A stretch of DNA of 64,000 bases from Lophium mytilinum (Eukaryota): assembly GCA_010093605.1 (NCBI GenBank), contig MU004195.1, positions 1,069,566-1,133,565 on the forward strand. Direction: 5' to 3'. The notes beneath the pieces were generated by a model. That model was not told where the DNA came from. It ran no database searches and worked only from the letters and a program-made list of their open reading frames with translations. This document shows, in pieces, positions 34,809 through 47,146 of this stretch (position 1 is its first letter; each line of letters begins with the position of its first letter). The position numbers and the translations under genes were made by a program.

Positions 34809-36461
34809 TCACCCACCCTTTTCGTTTACTACATTCCAGGCATTAGAGCCGGACCTACCCGTCTCCAAGTCAACATCTACCAGTAATGCGTCCTTAGATC
34901 TTTCATACCGCGCCTTGGCCAGCCAGCCTAGCATGATCACACCAGTGACAGGGACAGAAACTGCAATATATAACCACCAGCGGTTGCTAACATTGAACCT
35001 CACGGCACCAGTATCGGTCGTATCCGTGCTGAAGAAACCCATGCCGAAGATGCTGCTGACCAACGAAGCCGGCAGGAAGAACATGGACATGATCTGGATA
35101 AAGCGGAGCGCTTGGCCGTCGTTGAAGGAGGCGCGAGCAATCTGGGTGCTCTCAGCCGACATCTTGAGGTTCACTTCGGCGTCCTTCTGGTTGACCATGG
35201 CGAATCCCTCGCTGACGCCAATCTTGGTGCGTTCCTCGTAGAGAGAGCTGTAGGTCCGGATGAGTTTTACCTCTTCGAGATACCAGTCGAAAACATCTTT
35301 TGTTACGATTCCTGAAATGTGCGGAAGGCGTTGCATCATGTTCACGGAGTTCTCGAGCCACGTATGCTCCCTTTTTAGATGGTTGATGGTGGCGACGAGG
35401 ATATCGTAGTCTGTGGCCACCTGCTGAATCTGACGCGAAAGACTCAAGAACGTTTGGCTGCGTTGGGTATAGTCTTCAGCTGTGTATTTGCCGTCGTTGT
35501 TTTTCGCTTCCTGTTGATGAGGATTCAGTCAGGGTCCCAGGCGCATGATATCTGCACAGCTGGTTAGGCCGTAGAGAAGACTTACCCAGGTATAAAGTGG
35601 ATCCGAAAAGTTTTGGAGAAAGTCGTAGGTGTGAATCATGATATTCTCGATCAAAAAAGCATGAGTGAGCATGGGATGGTCTCTGAGTTGCTGGGCTTTA
35701 TCGCCTCTGAACGTCTCGAAGAACTTCGTCTTGATCCAAGATGGACAGCGCAGGATGATCATTGTATGCTGACCAGTAGTGAGATCCAGCGACGAGTGGA
35801 CGCAGTATCGAGTCCAATCCATGACTTTTCGGCTGAGATCAACCTTATCAGAGTGGTTGTAAGTGCTGCGGACCACGGCGGAGTACCACATCTCTAAAAC
35901 TGGATTCAGCTTTGCAGCTTCATGGTTCTGTGTTCAGACGGGGATTGCACCAGCGCAAAGAATGCTCACCATGGCCAGTCGCTACCCCGTTCTCAAGCCT
36001 GATATTTCTTCCTGGCATATGTTGACGGCGAAGGAAGCCCGTAAAGCGTGACGATACGCCATACGCATCTAATAGCTCCCTAAAGAGCGCGCTCGTGACG
36101 GGCAGTCTTTCAGGGTCGTGTTGAATACTGTCAATAAACCTTTGCAAAAAAGGTTAGTGCTGTCCTGAAATACTAGGTGATATACACGTCAAGACGTGTT
36201 GTCTACTAACACGAGGCGAGTGCGGCGGACCTGTCTGTCCAGGCTAATGTCAGAGCGAATCAAGCGACGAACTTGATCGTCGTCGATGCCAGCGTGCATC
36301 GTGGCGGTGTCTTCGCCAATGTCGAGGACATCGCATTTACTAGTCAACGAAGAGAAGTACAAAGGATCGTTGAGGCAATCGTCGCCATTCTCGCCAGCCA
36401 AGATGGAGTCCAGAGTGTTGTAGCGCCCCCCAGTTGGGTGGAACTTCTGTGGGGTCGCCAT
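34809..36461 (-). CDS. CorA-like domain membrane protein, 4 exons
   Basis: C-terminal two-TM unit MSMFFLPASLVSSIFGMGFF...WWLYIAVSVPVT preceded by a helical region. Three GT-AG introns join the ORFs. Confidence 0.8.
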
Positions 36462-36978
36462 GGGTACCTAGGTATAGTTCGGATAGGTAGTCGACTGCGC
36501 TCAGGGGTGCAGAATCTGTGGGGAGATCTTCAGCGCCAGAGTGGTGCAATAGGAAGGTATGATGTTGCGATCAGAGGGGCGCAAAGGCTGAGATTATGTT
36601 CTGGCCGTGTCGACAAGGCTGGAGAGGGGATGCATCAATCTACCAACTGGACACGACTGCGCGCCTCACACTCCAAGCGAGCAGAGAGATGGCTTGCAGT
36701 TTGGGGGCTAAACGGAAAGGCTGAGTCTGCCTAGCATACTGCCGCCTTATCGCAATTCCCAGGAGGTATGGTCTAGATCCATTCCGCGAAGAGCTCTGCA
36801 GTTGATGCATTTTTGTCTGCTGCCCAAAGGCCATGCAAGTAACCTGGGCTGTCTCTTGTTATCTAGATTGCTTGCGACAAGAAAGTTTCATGAAAAGCTG
36901 TATTCTGCAGCTCCATCGTCGCTCAAGCTCCTGTGGCCGCATCTCTTTTCATCCACTCTGCCTCCCTCAGCACCCTAT

Positions 36979-39398
36979 ATGCTCAGCAAAGATGTCTATC
37001 GAAACACTCTTCAGCTCTTTCTGCAACGATGCGCTTCTCGCGCGCAGATCCGCAGAGGTGCGTTATTGCTGCCGCCGCGGCGATGCAACACAAGTGCACT
37101 TCAACGACAGCCTCAAGCGCCGTGCACTGCCCCAATCGTCCCGCAGAATGAACTAAAAGACGACGCACCCGTGTGCCGCACTCTTCACGACCTCCACACG
37201 CTACCTTTTGTTCCATTCGAGATGAGCCCACCACTCTCTACCGCACATGCTGTGGGCGCAGCCATGGTGTCCGCCACGCTCGGCGACGACCAATTTCAGC
37301 TTCAGCCAACCCACGGCCGCATCCCGACCGAGCTTCTCAAGCAGCCGTCCGCACCCAATTACGAGACACCAGGCTATGTTGCGGCATCACTCATCACGTG
37401 GCTAGATGAGGAACCGTTGACGCCAGATGCCATTTCAGATATCCTTAATGGGTACGAGTCGAGCGATGACGTCTGGAACATTCACTTTGCCAGCGTCGTC
37501 GTCGTCGTCACACGTTCCACTGCGCATCCGATTTGTGGTCTAGAGGGCGATGCGCAGCCCGCCCAGTCCTCCAAACAACAACAAGTCCCTCTGGTATTAC
37601 GAGTTCCGCCTGACGAGCTATCACTTTCTATCTCCAAGGGACCAATTTTCATCGCCCCTGCAGACGGTCAGGTGTTCTCCGTGCGGAAAGTTGTCCAAGA
37701 CGACCATGAAGCATTCTTGTTAGCCTGTCAGCCGTGCGATCAGACAATCTCGGCACGTCAACACACTCCGCTATCGTCGCACACGTTCCAAGAGGGGGTC
37801 AGTCTGAGAAACCCATCCTTGGAATGATGTTGAAATTCTGATCACGTGCAGGGGCCTGTTACCGTGCCTTCGAGGCTCTACTATGCAGTCACCCCAGAGA
37901 GGCCTTTAGCAGGGGTAAGTTTGAACGAGAAACTTGTTCCTTACGTATCAGCTTTGGTTGACCTGAGTAGGTTCGATTCGCAGTCAAAGACATTGTCGAC
38001 ATTGCCGGTCTGCGCACTGGCTGTGGAAACAGGGCCTGGCGCCAGCTGTACCCCATCAAGACAGCAACTGCTCCTGCTATCTCGCAACTCCTTGATGCTG
38101 GCGCCGTTCTCCTTGGAAAGACCAAGTCGACGCAATTCGCTGAAGGCCAGGCGGCATCCGAGTGGTTCTGTCCTGCCAATTCTTTAATAGCCATGAGGGC
38201 TCGCTGATGCTTCTTTCTATAAAGGTTCGACTACTTGTGTCCGTTCAACCCCCGCGGCGATGGCTACCAGAGTGCCTCATCTTCCAGCACCGGAAGCGCT
38301 GCATCCATCGCTGCGTATTCGTGGCTCGACTTCACTGTTGGGTCCGACACTGGAGGCTCAATCCGTCATCCAGCTGGTGTCAATGGCTCGTACGGCTCTC
38401 GATCCTCTCGGGGCGCCATATCCACTAAAGGTGTGTATGCTGTGACGGCGCTGTTTGATACGTTGGGTGTCTTCACCCGAGAAGCTTCGATGCTTCACTC
38501 TGTAACGAAGACTATGCTGTCCTCGGAATGTCCACACATTCAATTCCCAGATAGAAACAACGCACGCTACAAACTCCTGTATCCCGTCCGAGGCGAGGGA
38601 GCTGCGGGAGCAGCAACATATCGTTGGTTCCCGCTCCCTGATGAACCGGGTCCAGCAAAACTTGCGGAGCAAGAAATGGAACGCACCGTCGCAAAGCTGG
38701 AAGAGTACTTGAACACGAAGCGCTCACCCTTCAACATCGATGATCTCTGGGGCAAGACCCGCCCGGAGGACCAGCCAGCTTCTTTAGATGAAGCAACAGG
38801 CTCGATGTACTCCACAATCACGACGTACACTCCAGTGCGGGCGGCGATCGATCCATTTGTCGCGGACTACGAAGCCCAGTTTCACCGAAAGCCATTCATC
38901 GACCCAATCGTCCACAAACGACAAGGGATCGGCCGAGAGACATCCGACGCCGAGTACGCGAAAGCTGTGGAGGCTGTAGAGATGTTCAAGTCCTGGGTTC
39001 TCGACGTGCTCCTGTCTACCAAAAATAACGACAAGAGCGAAGGAGACGGAGACGGAGACGGAGAAGAGGTGACTCCAATCCTCATCTTTCCTCAAGCATT
39101 TGGGAGACCCGAATATCGTGACACGCATCCCGAGCCGAGTGCTGCGCCTTTGTACGCCTCATTCTCCATCTACAGCATCAGCTACGTGTCTGGATGTCCA
39201 GACTACACGATCCCGGTCGGCGAGGTCCCTTACGAGTCCCGGATTGAGGGGCGCGAGGCCTTCTTACCAGTCGCGCTCAGCATTCTGAGTAGACCAGGTA
39301 CAGATGCCGCGCTTTCCGGCCTAGTGGAAGATCTAGAAAAGGGCGGCATGCTTAGGCCTGTTAGAGCTGGAAGAAGGATGTATGTAGAGGACAGGTAA
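36979..39398 (+). CDS. Amidase signature family enzyme
   Basis: RFAVKD (catalytic Lys), [28 protein letters not shown] and [12 protein letters not shown] (Ser-cisSer-Lys triad). Three introns. Start uncertain (36979 or 37222). Confidence 0.85.
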
Positions 39399-40845
39399 CA
39401 GACTAAGGGCTAACTAGAGGTATATTCGCAGTCTAGCAACAATTCAATAGAAAAGTACGGTGTCTCATAGTAGAATTGAGAATCGAACATCGTGGTCCTT
39501 CCTGTGACCTGTCTCCTATCATTGCTCGTCCTCTGAACCATCTGTAACATAGAGCCCTCTCAGTACTCTAGTAGGATTACCACGACAGCTTTCCGCCTCA
39601 GCCCCTCCAATGATAAATTACTAAACCACAGCAGACCTACCTAAGCCGAAGGTGAACCGCCCGGGCCTGGGCCAAACTCAGCCACAGCGGCGCAGGGCTA
39701 CTTGAGTAGCGTACCTAGGTTGGACGATGTGCACATTGGGGTGGTATAACATTGGAAACAAGGCAAACCTCGAAAGATATGAGACCCATCCTCGCCCAAT
39801 GTAGTGCTCTACGTGGCCGTGTCAACGCACTTTCAGTCCAAAATTGCTGCTCCACGGCCGGAAACCTTAACTCGCGCACAACGATGCCTGCGAATACTGT
39901 TAGAAAACAGCCGACTCGGGCCGCTAGCACAGACAATGAGCGATCACCAAATCCTCCCTCTCTTCAAATCCCAAACCACCATCTGCGTCTTCTAACAATG
40001 CTGCCCGAAGCACAAGAACCTCCAATAACGCCACAAAAAGGTACACACATGTGACATATATCCATCCAACATCCAGGCCTCCAGCACCCCCGAACCACCC
40101 CCGCATTCCGATTCTCCACCGACTCCACCCCGAGCCAGCGTCCCCAGGCCCAAACTCCTGCAAGCCAGCGCGGGCGCTACGCCAGATCGGGGTTCCACGT
40201 TTCGCGCCCGCTAGGCCTAGAAAGTTACTACAGGCAGTCTGGCCGTAGCGTACGGTTTCCGAACTCTAAAAAACAGCCCACAATGACCGCCAGCACCGAC
40301 GCGCTGTATCCAATAGCCAGCGCAACCAGCAGAATGCGAGACCGGAGGACATTTAATCGCGCAGCGCACTGCCTCGCTGTCGGACTGTAGAATAGGTAGG
40401 GGAAGCGATTCCAGGACTTATAGCTGCGCGGGAGGTTGTCTGAGTCGTTCGCTCCTGTGGACAGGCGCTTGTGAGTGGTTGCAGCAGCGAAAGGTTGACT
40501 GAGATACCGGAGACGACGCCAGAATCCCAGCATGCGGACCCTCGACGATCGTGGGTTGTTTGGGATGCGCACTACGGTCCGGAATCAGGCCACTTGGGAG
40601 AGAGGCCCGACCGACGTCGGGAAGGTGTGCGCCTGGCCGTCTCAGCTCCCCTTATGTCTTATGCAGAGCGTGGAAGTGTGGCGGGCTGCCCAGTGATTCT
40701 TTCCTTGTGTTCGCTGCTCTCTCTTTCGTCTTTTCTACGTAGCACGTAATACTCTACTTTGGAACCGCTCTGATTTTCAGGTTCTTTTTATTTCTTCACG
40801 AGATCAAGACGTGGTGTTTTGATATTAGTTTTGAAGTGAGTCAGG

Positions 40846-41570
40846 ATGGAGAGCTTCCATACTGAGGTCGTGGACTCGCACTTCATCCCGTCGCTCAGGA
40901 AGCCGAAAGCGCAGATCTTGTGGATAGGCTGCTCGGATAGTGGGTGGGCGGAGACGCGGACGCTGGATCTGCTGCCTGAGGAGATCATCGTGCATCGTAG
41001 CCCGGGCGATTTGGTGTCGAATAATGATTTGAGCACGCTGAGTACGTTGGAGTATGCGCTAGGGATACTACAGGTGTGTGAAGCAATTTCTATAAACCAC
41101 ATACCATTCTCTTGATTCAACAATAAGTATGGAGTGTTGTGTATAGCTGACCATATCGACCTTCCAGGTCACCCACATCGTCATCTGTGGCCACTACAAC
41201 TGTAGATTGGTCAACACACACACCGACTCAAGCCCGCTGTGCGAGTGGTTAAGGTCCGCTCCGTCCCTCTGCCTTTCACCTATCTACATAATACTCACGG
41301 GTTTCCAGCGACGTCAACGCCATCTACAACGCCCACAAGCCCGAGCTAGACTCCCTCCCCTCCTCTACCGCCCGCGACCGCCGCCTCGTCGAGCTACACG
41401 TCTGGGCCCAGACCCAAGTCCTCCTCGCGCGGCCAGACATCATCAAAGCACAGGCGGAGAGAGGTCTACAGGTCCACGGGTTCGTATACGACGACGCAAA
41501 GGACGAGTGCGTGGATCTAGTCGCCGGAGGGAGCTGCAAGCTAACACGAGGAATAATGTCGCTGCTGTAA
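40846..41570 (+). CDS. Beta-class carbonic anhydrase-like protein (divergent)
   Basis: ILWIGCSDS, VHR, LEYAL, HIVICGHYNC and LQVHGFVYD. Introns ~41074-41167 and ~41254-41308. Confidence 0.82.
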
Positions 41571-42009
41571 GCGGTTGACGGAGCCGGTGCGGTGATCAGT
41601 AATGGTTGTATACCCTGACTTCTGCTTTGCGGGTTCACTTTGCGGGGCTTGATTATCGCGGACTAGAGCTATGGAGTTTCGCGCTGTTTCATGATTGATG
41701 GTGGATGCGAGGGACGCGGAGTGACCGACGGAGGTGTGGTATCGATAAGGACGCGACCTCGGGAGCCGAGGCTCAGAATCCTAGAGCTAAGTGTGGCAAC
41801 GGTTTCAACTCCATTCCGGGCTTGCACCGATGTGAAGTGACAATTCTCGCAACGAAGCTCCGCGTTGTGTCCGCTGCGAAACTTGATTTGTCATGGGTAG
41901 CAGTTGTTTAAAGTGAGAGGATTTCACCTTCGTCGTGACTTCAACTTCATCGACTTCCCTCCTGACGCGAAAAACCCCATATCGCCCTTCAATCACGAAG
42001 ACATTGAGC

Positions 42010-43456
42010 ATGGCAGACACATACACCGCTGTCACGCTAGCTGAGCGTCCGAAGGCCGACATCATCCCCGGGGAGACGTTCAAGGTGGAAGAGCGGCCGG
42101 TGCCGAAAGAGAGCGACCTGAAGGATGGAGAGGTCATCTTTGAGACGAAGTATCTGTCGCTGGATCCGGCGATGAGAGGATGGTTGAATGGTAAGACCTG
42201 TATCCGATCATACGATCAATCCACGTTTCGAACTCTCTTCACATTACTCAACCTCATTAATTGATCCGCTTCGATGTCTCACCGCAATCACGTGCTTCCC
42301 AGGAAGTTCTTTGAAAGGAAGCATTGGCTAATTATGTGCTAGATGCACGCTCCTATGTCCCACCTGTTCAGATTAGTGAGGTGATGCGCGGACTCGCTGC
42401 CGGCGTTGTCACTGCATCCAAGTCTGAGAAGTTCCCGGTTGGCACAACTGCTACGGGCACTGTGGGATGGACCGAGATCGCGGTAGTTAACGAGAAGGCG
42501 TTGGAGAAGGTCGAGATTCCCCGGAATGGGAAGTTGACTGATTCTCTAGGTGTGCTGGGTAAGAATCAAGATTCTCCCTATGCCCTTCTGACTTTTCTTC
42601 ATCACGTATCATCCTGCGGGCCTAGACGTCTGGCCTCACCCTTGTTTTGCCCTTCTTTTCTGCGATCGAAGCTTTTAATCTGCATCATTTTCTTTTCTCT
42701 CATCCAAGGTTCTTCTCACACTCCAGCTTCCAAACTCACAATCCCCAGGAATGACCGGTCTAACCGCCTATTTCGGCCTCCTCCGCATCGGCCTCCCCAA
42801 ACCCGGCGAAACCGTCGTCGTCTCCGGCGCCGCCGGCGCCACGGGCTCCGTCGTCGGCCAAATCGCCAAAATCCACGGCTGCCGCGTCATCGGCGTATGC
42901 GGGTCCGACTCCAAATGCTCGTGGCTGAAAGAAGAGCTCGGGTTCGACGAAGCGGTCAACTACAAAGACCCGGAGTTCGCGAAGAAGTTCCGCGATGTGA
43001 CGAAGAGTCTGATTGACGTGTTCTTTGATAACGTGGGTGGGGATGTGCTGGATTTGGCGCTGAGCCGGGCGAAGAAGAATGCGAGGTTTGTGATTTGTGG
43101 GGGGATTAGTCAGTATAATGCGGTTGATAAGAAGGGGCCGGCGGTAAGATATACCTATATGACTTTCTTTTCATGGTGGCGAGGACGTTACTAATTGGGA
43201 GTAGAACTATCTGATGATCATCGCTATGCGTATCCGTATGGAAGGCTTTATCGTTTTCGACTTCGCGTCTGAGTACGCTGAGGCTAGCAAAGATCTCGCG
43301 CAGTGGTTGTCTGAGGGCAAGATAAAGCGCAAGGAGACCATCATCAAGGGTGGCTTAAAGGAGGCAGACAAGGCGCTGGTGCAGCTATACAAGGGCATCA
43401 ATACCGGTAAGCTGCTTGTTGAGGTCAAGCCAGAGAGCGAGCAATCGAAGCTTTGA
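42010..43456 (+). CDS. NADP-dependent MDR oxidoreductase (prostaglandin reductase/LTB4 dehydrogenase-like)
   Basis: YLSLDPAMRGWL, GMTGLTAYFGL, VVVSGAAGATGS, FFDNVGG, CGGISQYN and NTGKLLV. Three introns. Confidence 0.92.
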
Positions 43457-44307
43457 GCTTGATGGTAGTGAGCGGACGTCTCAAATCGAGATCGGTGACT
43501 ACAGGTTTTGGCGTTGAATCAGGTCCTGGGTGCGACCTCCACGATTCATCGACTTCATTCAGGCACGACGGCGTGTCTTTGTAATATATACTCACAATAC
43601 CAACTTGTGTTTTTCCTCACGCAGAATTAGGTCTCAAGTTCTGGGAATACGGATATTGCACTCCTCGGGCTCCACTCTTGCTCAGTTGACGCTACTGTAT
43701 GGGGTGCCCCAGCTAGTTATTGGTTACATCAAAAGGTAGTCTGATTCCCACTACATTGGCCTTTACATCGTGTTCCAAAATTTAAAAGCCGATCAGGGTA
43801 CCCCAAGCAGTCGCAAGAGGTGCCCAAACACATTTCCGAGTAATGTACCCCCTAAAAGTGGGTACTTTCCTCATATCATCAACGCTTACGTACCCTTTCT
43901 ACTAAAATCCAGGCCATCACCGTATTCTCAACCAGGTTCTTTTCTCTCAGAAGAGATAATGGAGGACGGAGAAGAGGGATAGAACCAAAGAGCGACGTGG
44001 CTAAATCGGAAAGTTGAACTCTGGCCTGAGATGCGAAGCAAGTTCCTTTCGGAGTAGCAAAACTCTCTGGTTTCGAAACATACGCACATGATACTCGACG
44101 AAGACAAGATGGCAAAGTCGCCCAATGCTGTTAATCAGTTCTCGAAAACACAATCGACGCTGAAGAACAAGGTGTGGTTATGTCCGCTATGAGCATTGAA
44201 AGTTGGGGACCAAAGTTTTCTCAATGTTGATTTCTAAATGGATTGAAAGCATGCACTGATCGAGTACTAACATCTATCCGTCATACCACACTTCGCCTTC
44301 TTCAGAA

Positions 44308-44973
44308 TCAGTAACCTCCTCCACCGCTATCGCCGCCTCCTCCTCCTCCACCCCCGCTGTCTCCGCCCGAGTAACTAGTCGACGAATAGCCTCCGCTATC
44401 TCCGCCTCCACCTCCGCTCGTGTAGCTGCTCGAATGATTGCCTCCGCTGTAGCTGCTATGCCCGCCGCTATAGCTACTGTGCCCACCACCATAAGAGGCA
44501 GAATGAGAGTTCGAATGCGAAGTCGAAGCCGCTGCCGGATGTAGATGATGCACCTCAGCAGAGTACGAAGTCGAGCTCGGCGCTGGATCTACAGACGGCG
44601 CATGGTGCTGATGATGGGTGGGCGGGTCACAAGGAGGATCTAGTGTTGAGATCGCGGCGAGTTGGCTCTGCAAGAGAGCATCGTTTGTAGAAGCGTAATT
44701 CGTAGTTGCGCCGGTGGGCCGAGTCTTGCTTGGGGGAGAGGCCGCACGCTTGCCTTTGGATGCTGTGATCGGAGAGCTCGGTTTGGGACTGGCGTTGGTG
44801 ATAGGGTCTTCTTCTTTTGATAGACGAGCCTGAGCCCTTGGCGGCGAGGGTAAGGACTTTCGCCGAGGAGTAAGTAATTTGGCGATCGGGTCCTTGTCGG
44901 CGTCGTTGATGGGTTTGGCCATGGGCACCGGTTCGGAGACCGGTGAAGCCTGCTTTGAGGAAAAGCAGCCCAT
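44308..44973 (-). CDS. Hypothetical protein with N-terminal MGCFSSK lipidation motif and Gly/Ser/Tyr-rich tail
   Basis: ATG in ACCATGG context. Open frame of ~221 aa ending in GGHSSYS repeats and GGGGGDSGGGGY. Confidence 0.7.
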   Translation of the reverse strand: MGCFSSKQASPVSEPVPMAKPINDADKDPIAKLLTPRRKSLPSPPRAQARLSKEEDPITNASPKPSSPITASKGKRAASPPSKTRPTGATTNYASTNDALLQSQLAAISTLDPPCDPPTHHQHHAPSVDPAPSSTSYSAEVHHLHPAAASTSHSNSHSASYGGGHSSYSGGHSSYSGGNHSSSYTSGGGGGDSGGYSSTSYSGGDSGGGGGGGGDSGGGGY

Positions 44974-45748
44974 GGTGCTACGTGCGAGGTAATCTCCTTG
45001 CAGCCGTTTGAGATGGAAATGGGATTGACTAGAAGAAATGGATGATTCGAACGCGTTTGTAGCCACTGGAAAGGTTTGTGTGAAGTTGAGTGATGAGCAG
45101 GAAAGAAAGTCTAGTGGAAACAAGATATATAGTTCCTAGTGTTCGACGAGGCAGCCTTGCCGTCTGTCTACAGTATCTAGGCAAGTGGAGCCGGTGCGGC
45201 TGTGCCGTTGCTGCCTCGCGATGGTCTCCGTCGCGTTATTGAAAACATGTCGAAAAGTCAACTCACTTGGCCGGATAATCCGACAGTCGTAGGACTAAAG
45301 AGATTCGGTGTACAATGCAGCAAGGAACGACGGGTCCGGCGGGCGCTAGAAGGAAAGCCATCTTCTAGAAGGGTGTTGGTGGCTTGCGGCTGAAGATGGT
45401 GGGCGAGGCGGAGTTTTGAGGCTGTGTATTTATCGTGAGGGATTTCTAGTTCGGCGAGGCTTTCTCCACACCACACTTGACCTTTAACAATCCCACAAAA
45501 TCAACTACCCCCCATTCATATACCCTTTAACCAGGGCGGCAGGCAGCACTCCTGACTCATTCGCGAGTATATGTATACTGTCTGTGCACGAACCCAAGTG
45601 GAGCGTGCTTTCTTCTGTCACGACTTCCCTCTTTCATCTTTCCACCTCCCAGCTGCCATGTAAAAGCCACTACATCGCATCCGCATGCTTCCAACAGCTG
45701 AGCCAGCCCCATCCCTAACCCCTCTCCCTCTCCCTCCCCATCGTCTCT

Positions 45749-46219
45749 CTACTTCCCCCCCACCAATCCCAACGCCCTCTTAATCAGACCCCTCGCCCTC
45801 CCCGTCCCCTCACTATCCACAAACTCTACGACCCGCTGCACCAATCCCGCCTCATCAAACCACAGCGCAAACACATAACTCCCCTCATACTTCCACTCCC
45901 CCTCCTCCCCCTCTTCTTTCCTCACCGCCTCCACAACCTCCCCGTTCCACACCACCTCGCTCGTCGCAAACGCCACCACGGCATTCCGCGCCGGGTCTTC
46001 GAAGATCTCCGTCGGCGTGACAGGGAAGCCGGTCATGACGCGGCTCATGGACGCGACGTGGGCGAGGAAGCCGTCGCGCGTGAAAGGCGCGTGGATCGCC
46101 ACCGAGGGCGGGAGGAAGGAGTGGTGGTAGTTGGCCGCCAGGAGTGGGCTGAACGCCTCGGGGGTCAAAGGGGTGAACGCGTGGAGGAAGGCGCGGGTGG
46201 TTTCGACGTGGGAAGACAT
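45749..46219 (-). CDS. SnoaL/NTF2-like protein (AusH/Trt14-like)
   Basis: 156 aa with HSFLPPS, EIFEDPARNAVV and YEGSYVFALWFDEAGLVQRVVEFVDS, typical of fungal NTF2-like tailoring enzymes. Confidence 0.78.
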   Translation of the reverse strand: MSSHVETTRAFLHAFTPLTPEAFSPLLAANYHHSFLPPSVAIHAPFTRDGFLAHVASMSRVMTGFPVTPTEIFEDPARNAVVAFATSEVVWNGEVVEAVRKEEGEEGEWKYEGSYVFALWFDEAGLVQRVVEFVDSEGTGRARGLIKRALGLVGGK

Positions 46220-47146
46220 GGTTGGTTGGCTGGTTTGGAGACGATGGAGATGGGGTGGGTTTGGGGCGTGTGTGCAGGTTGTAAGTGGGCGGTATGGTAT
46301 GGAGGCTGGTACGGTATGGAAGCGGTTTTATATGTGTAAAAGGAGGGAGGAGTGGGTTTGGGTAGCGGAGTTAAGGGAGTTAGGGGGGGTTAAGAGGGGG
46401 TTTGTTTAGATCGAGGAGTTTGAACGGGAATTTGGTCGGAGATGAACGTGATGGGTTGGTTCTATCTAAGATCCCGGAGATATGGGGCTTTCTTTGGGCC
46501 GGTACAGAGGAGCTCTGCGTAGTATCGTCACGTGAATGGGCTCTCATCGAATCATGAATAATCCTTTTATCCTGTCTATTTGGGTCTAAATGATGCTCCG
46601 TTATAATCTCTTAGATGTGAATGCTCCTCTTGAACTGTTCAGTATTTACTTGCTAACCCCCCACCTTCTCCAGACCAACATCTTCGATGAACTTCCTTTG
46701 CATCACTAAAGTTCAGTTCCAAAAAATAGATCGGTAGCTGTTATAAGTGGAACATTATATGTATACACTCATAGGTCAGCAATTTCATCGCTCTGTTACC
46801 AATTTCAGCACTGCGTGGAAACATAGGTTACTCCGACGCTTTCCCTCTTTTATTGATTCAATCCAGAGTGTGCAATTCTTTACATGATGAGGTCTCTGAA
46901 AAGCATACCTCCAGGGGTGTCCCAACAGTACACCCACGCCCCCAAAACCCCAGCACCCCACACTCTATTCACACACCTCAAGATACCCCAGTTCGAGCCT
47001 TCAAACTCGCACAACTTTCATCACTGACCTATCAACCCATACACCTCATCGAATCCCTTCAACCCCCTAGCCCGCTCCTCAAACCCCCAAGCAAACCGTA
47101 CCAATTTGAATACGCAAACCCCGTCCCCCTACCCAGCCCCCTCAAC

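Noticed and set aside
36143..36212. Possible [D2,3] stwintron in CorA-like intron 1 (GT|GTTAGT..CCTAG)
   Set aside because: Both pieces would be under ~40 nt and the product has an immediate stop; a single intron gives the correct frame.
39715..40749. Short ORFs, including 40228-40572 (-) with a hydrophobic C-terminal stretch
   Set aside because: No recognisable domain, clear start context or splice model; not supportable as genes.
42191..42748. Internal branch/AG-like sites in the two long MDR introns as further stwintrons
   Set aside because: Removing the putative internal parts does not rebuild a GT donor, and simple splicing already gives the right frame.
46360..46410. TTAGGG-like G-rich stretch as an interstitial telomere
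   Set aside because: Only one exact TTAGGG, within the general G-rich skew block.
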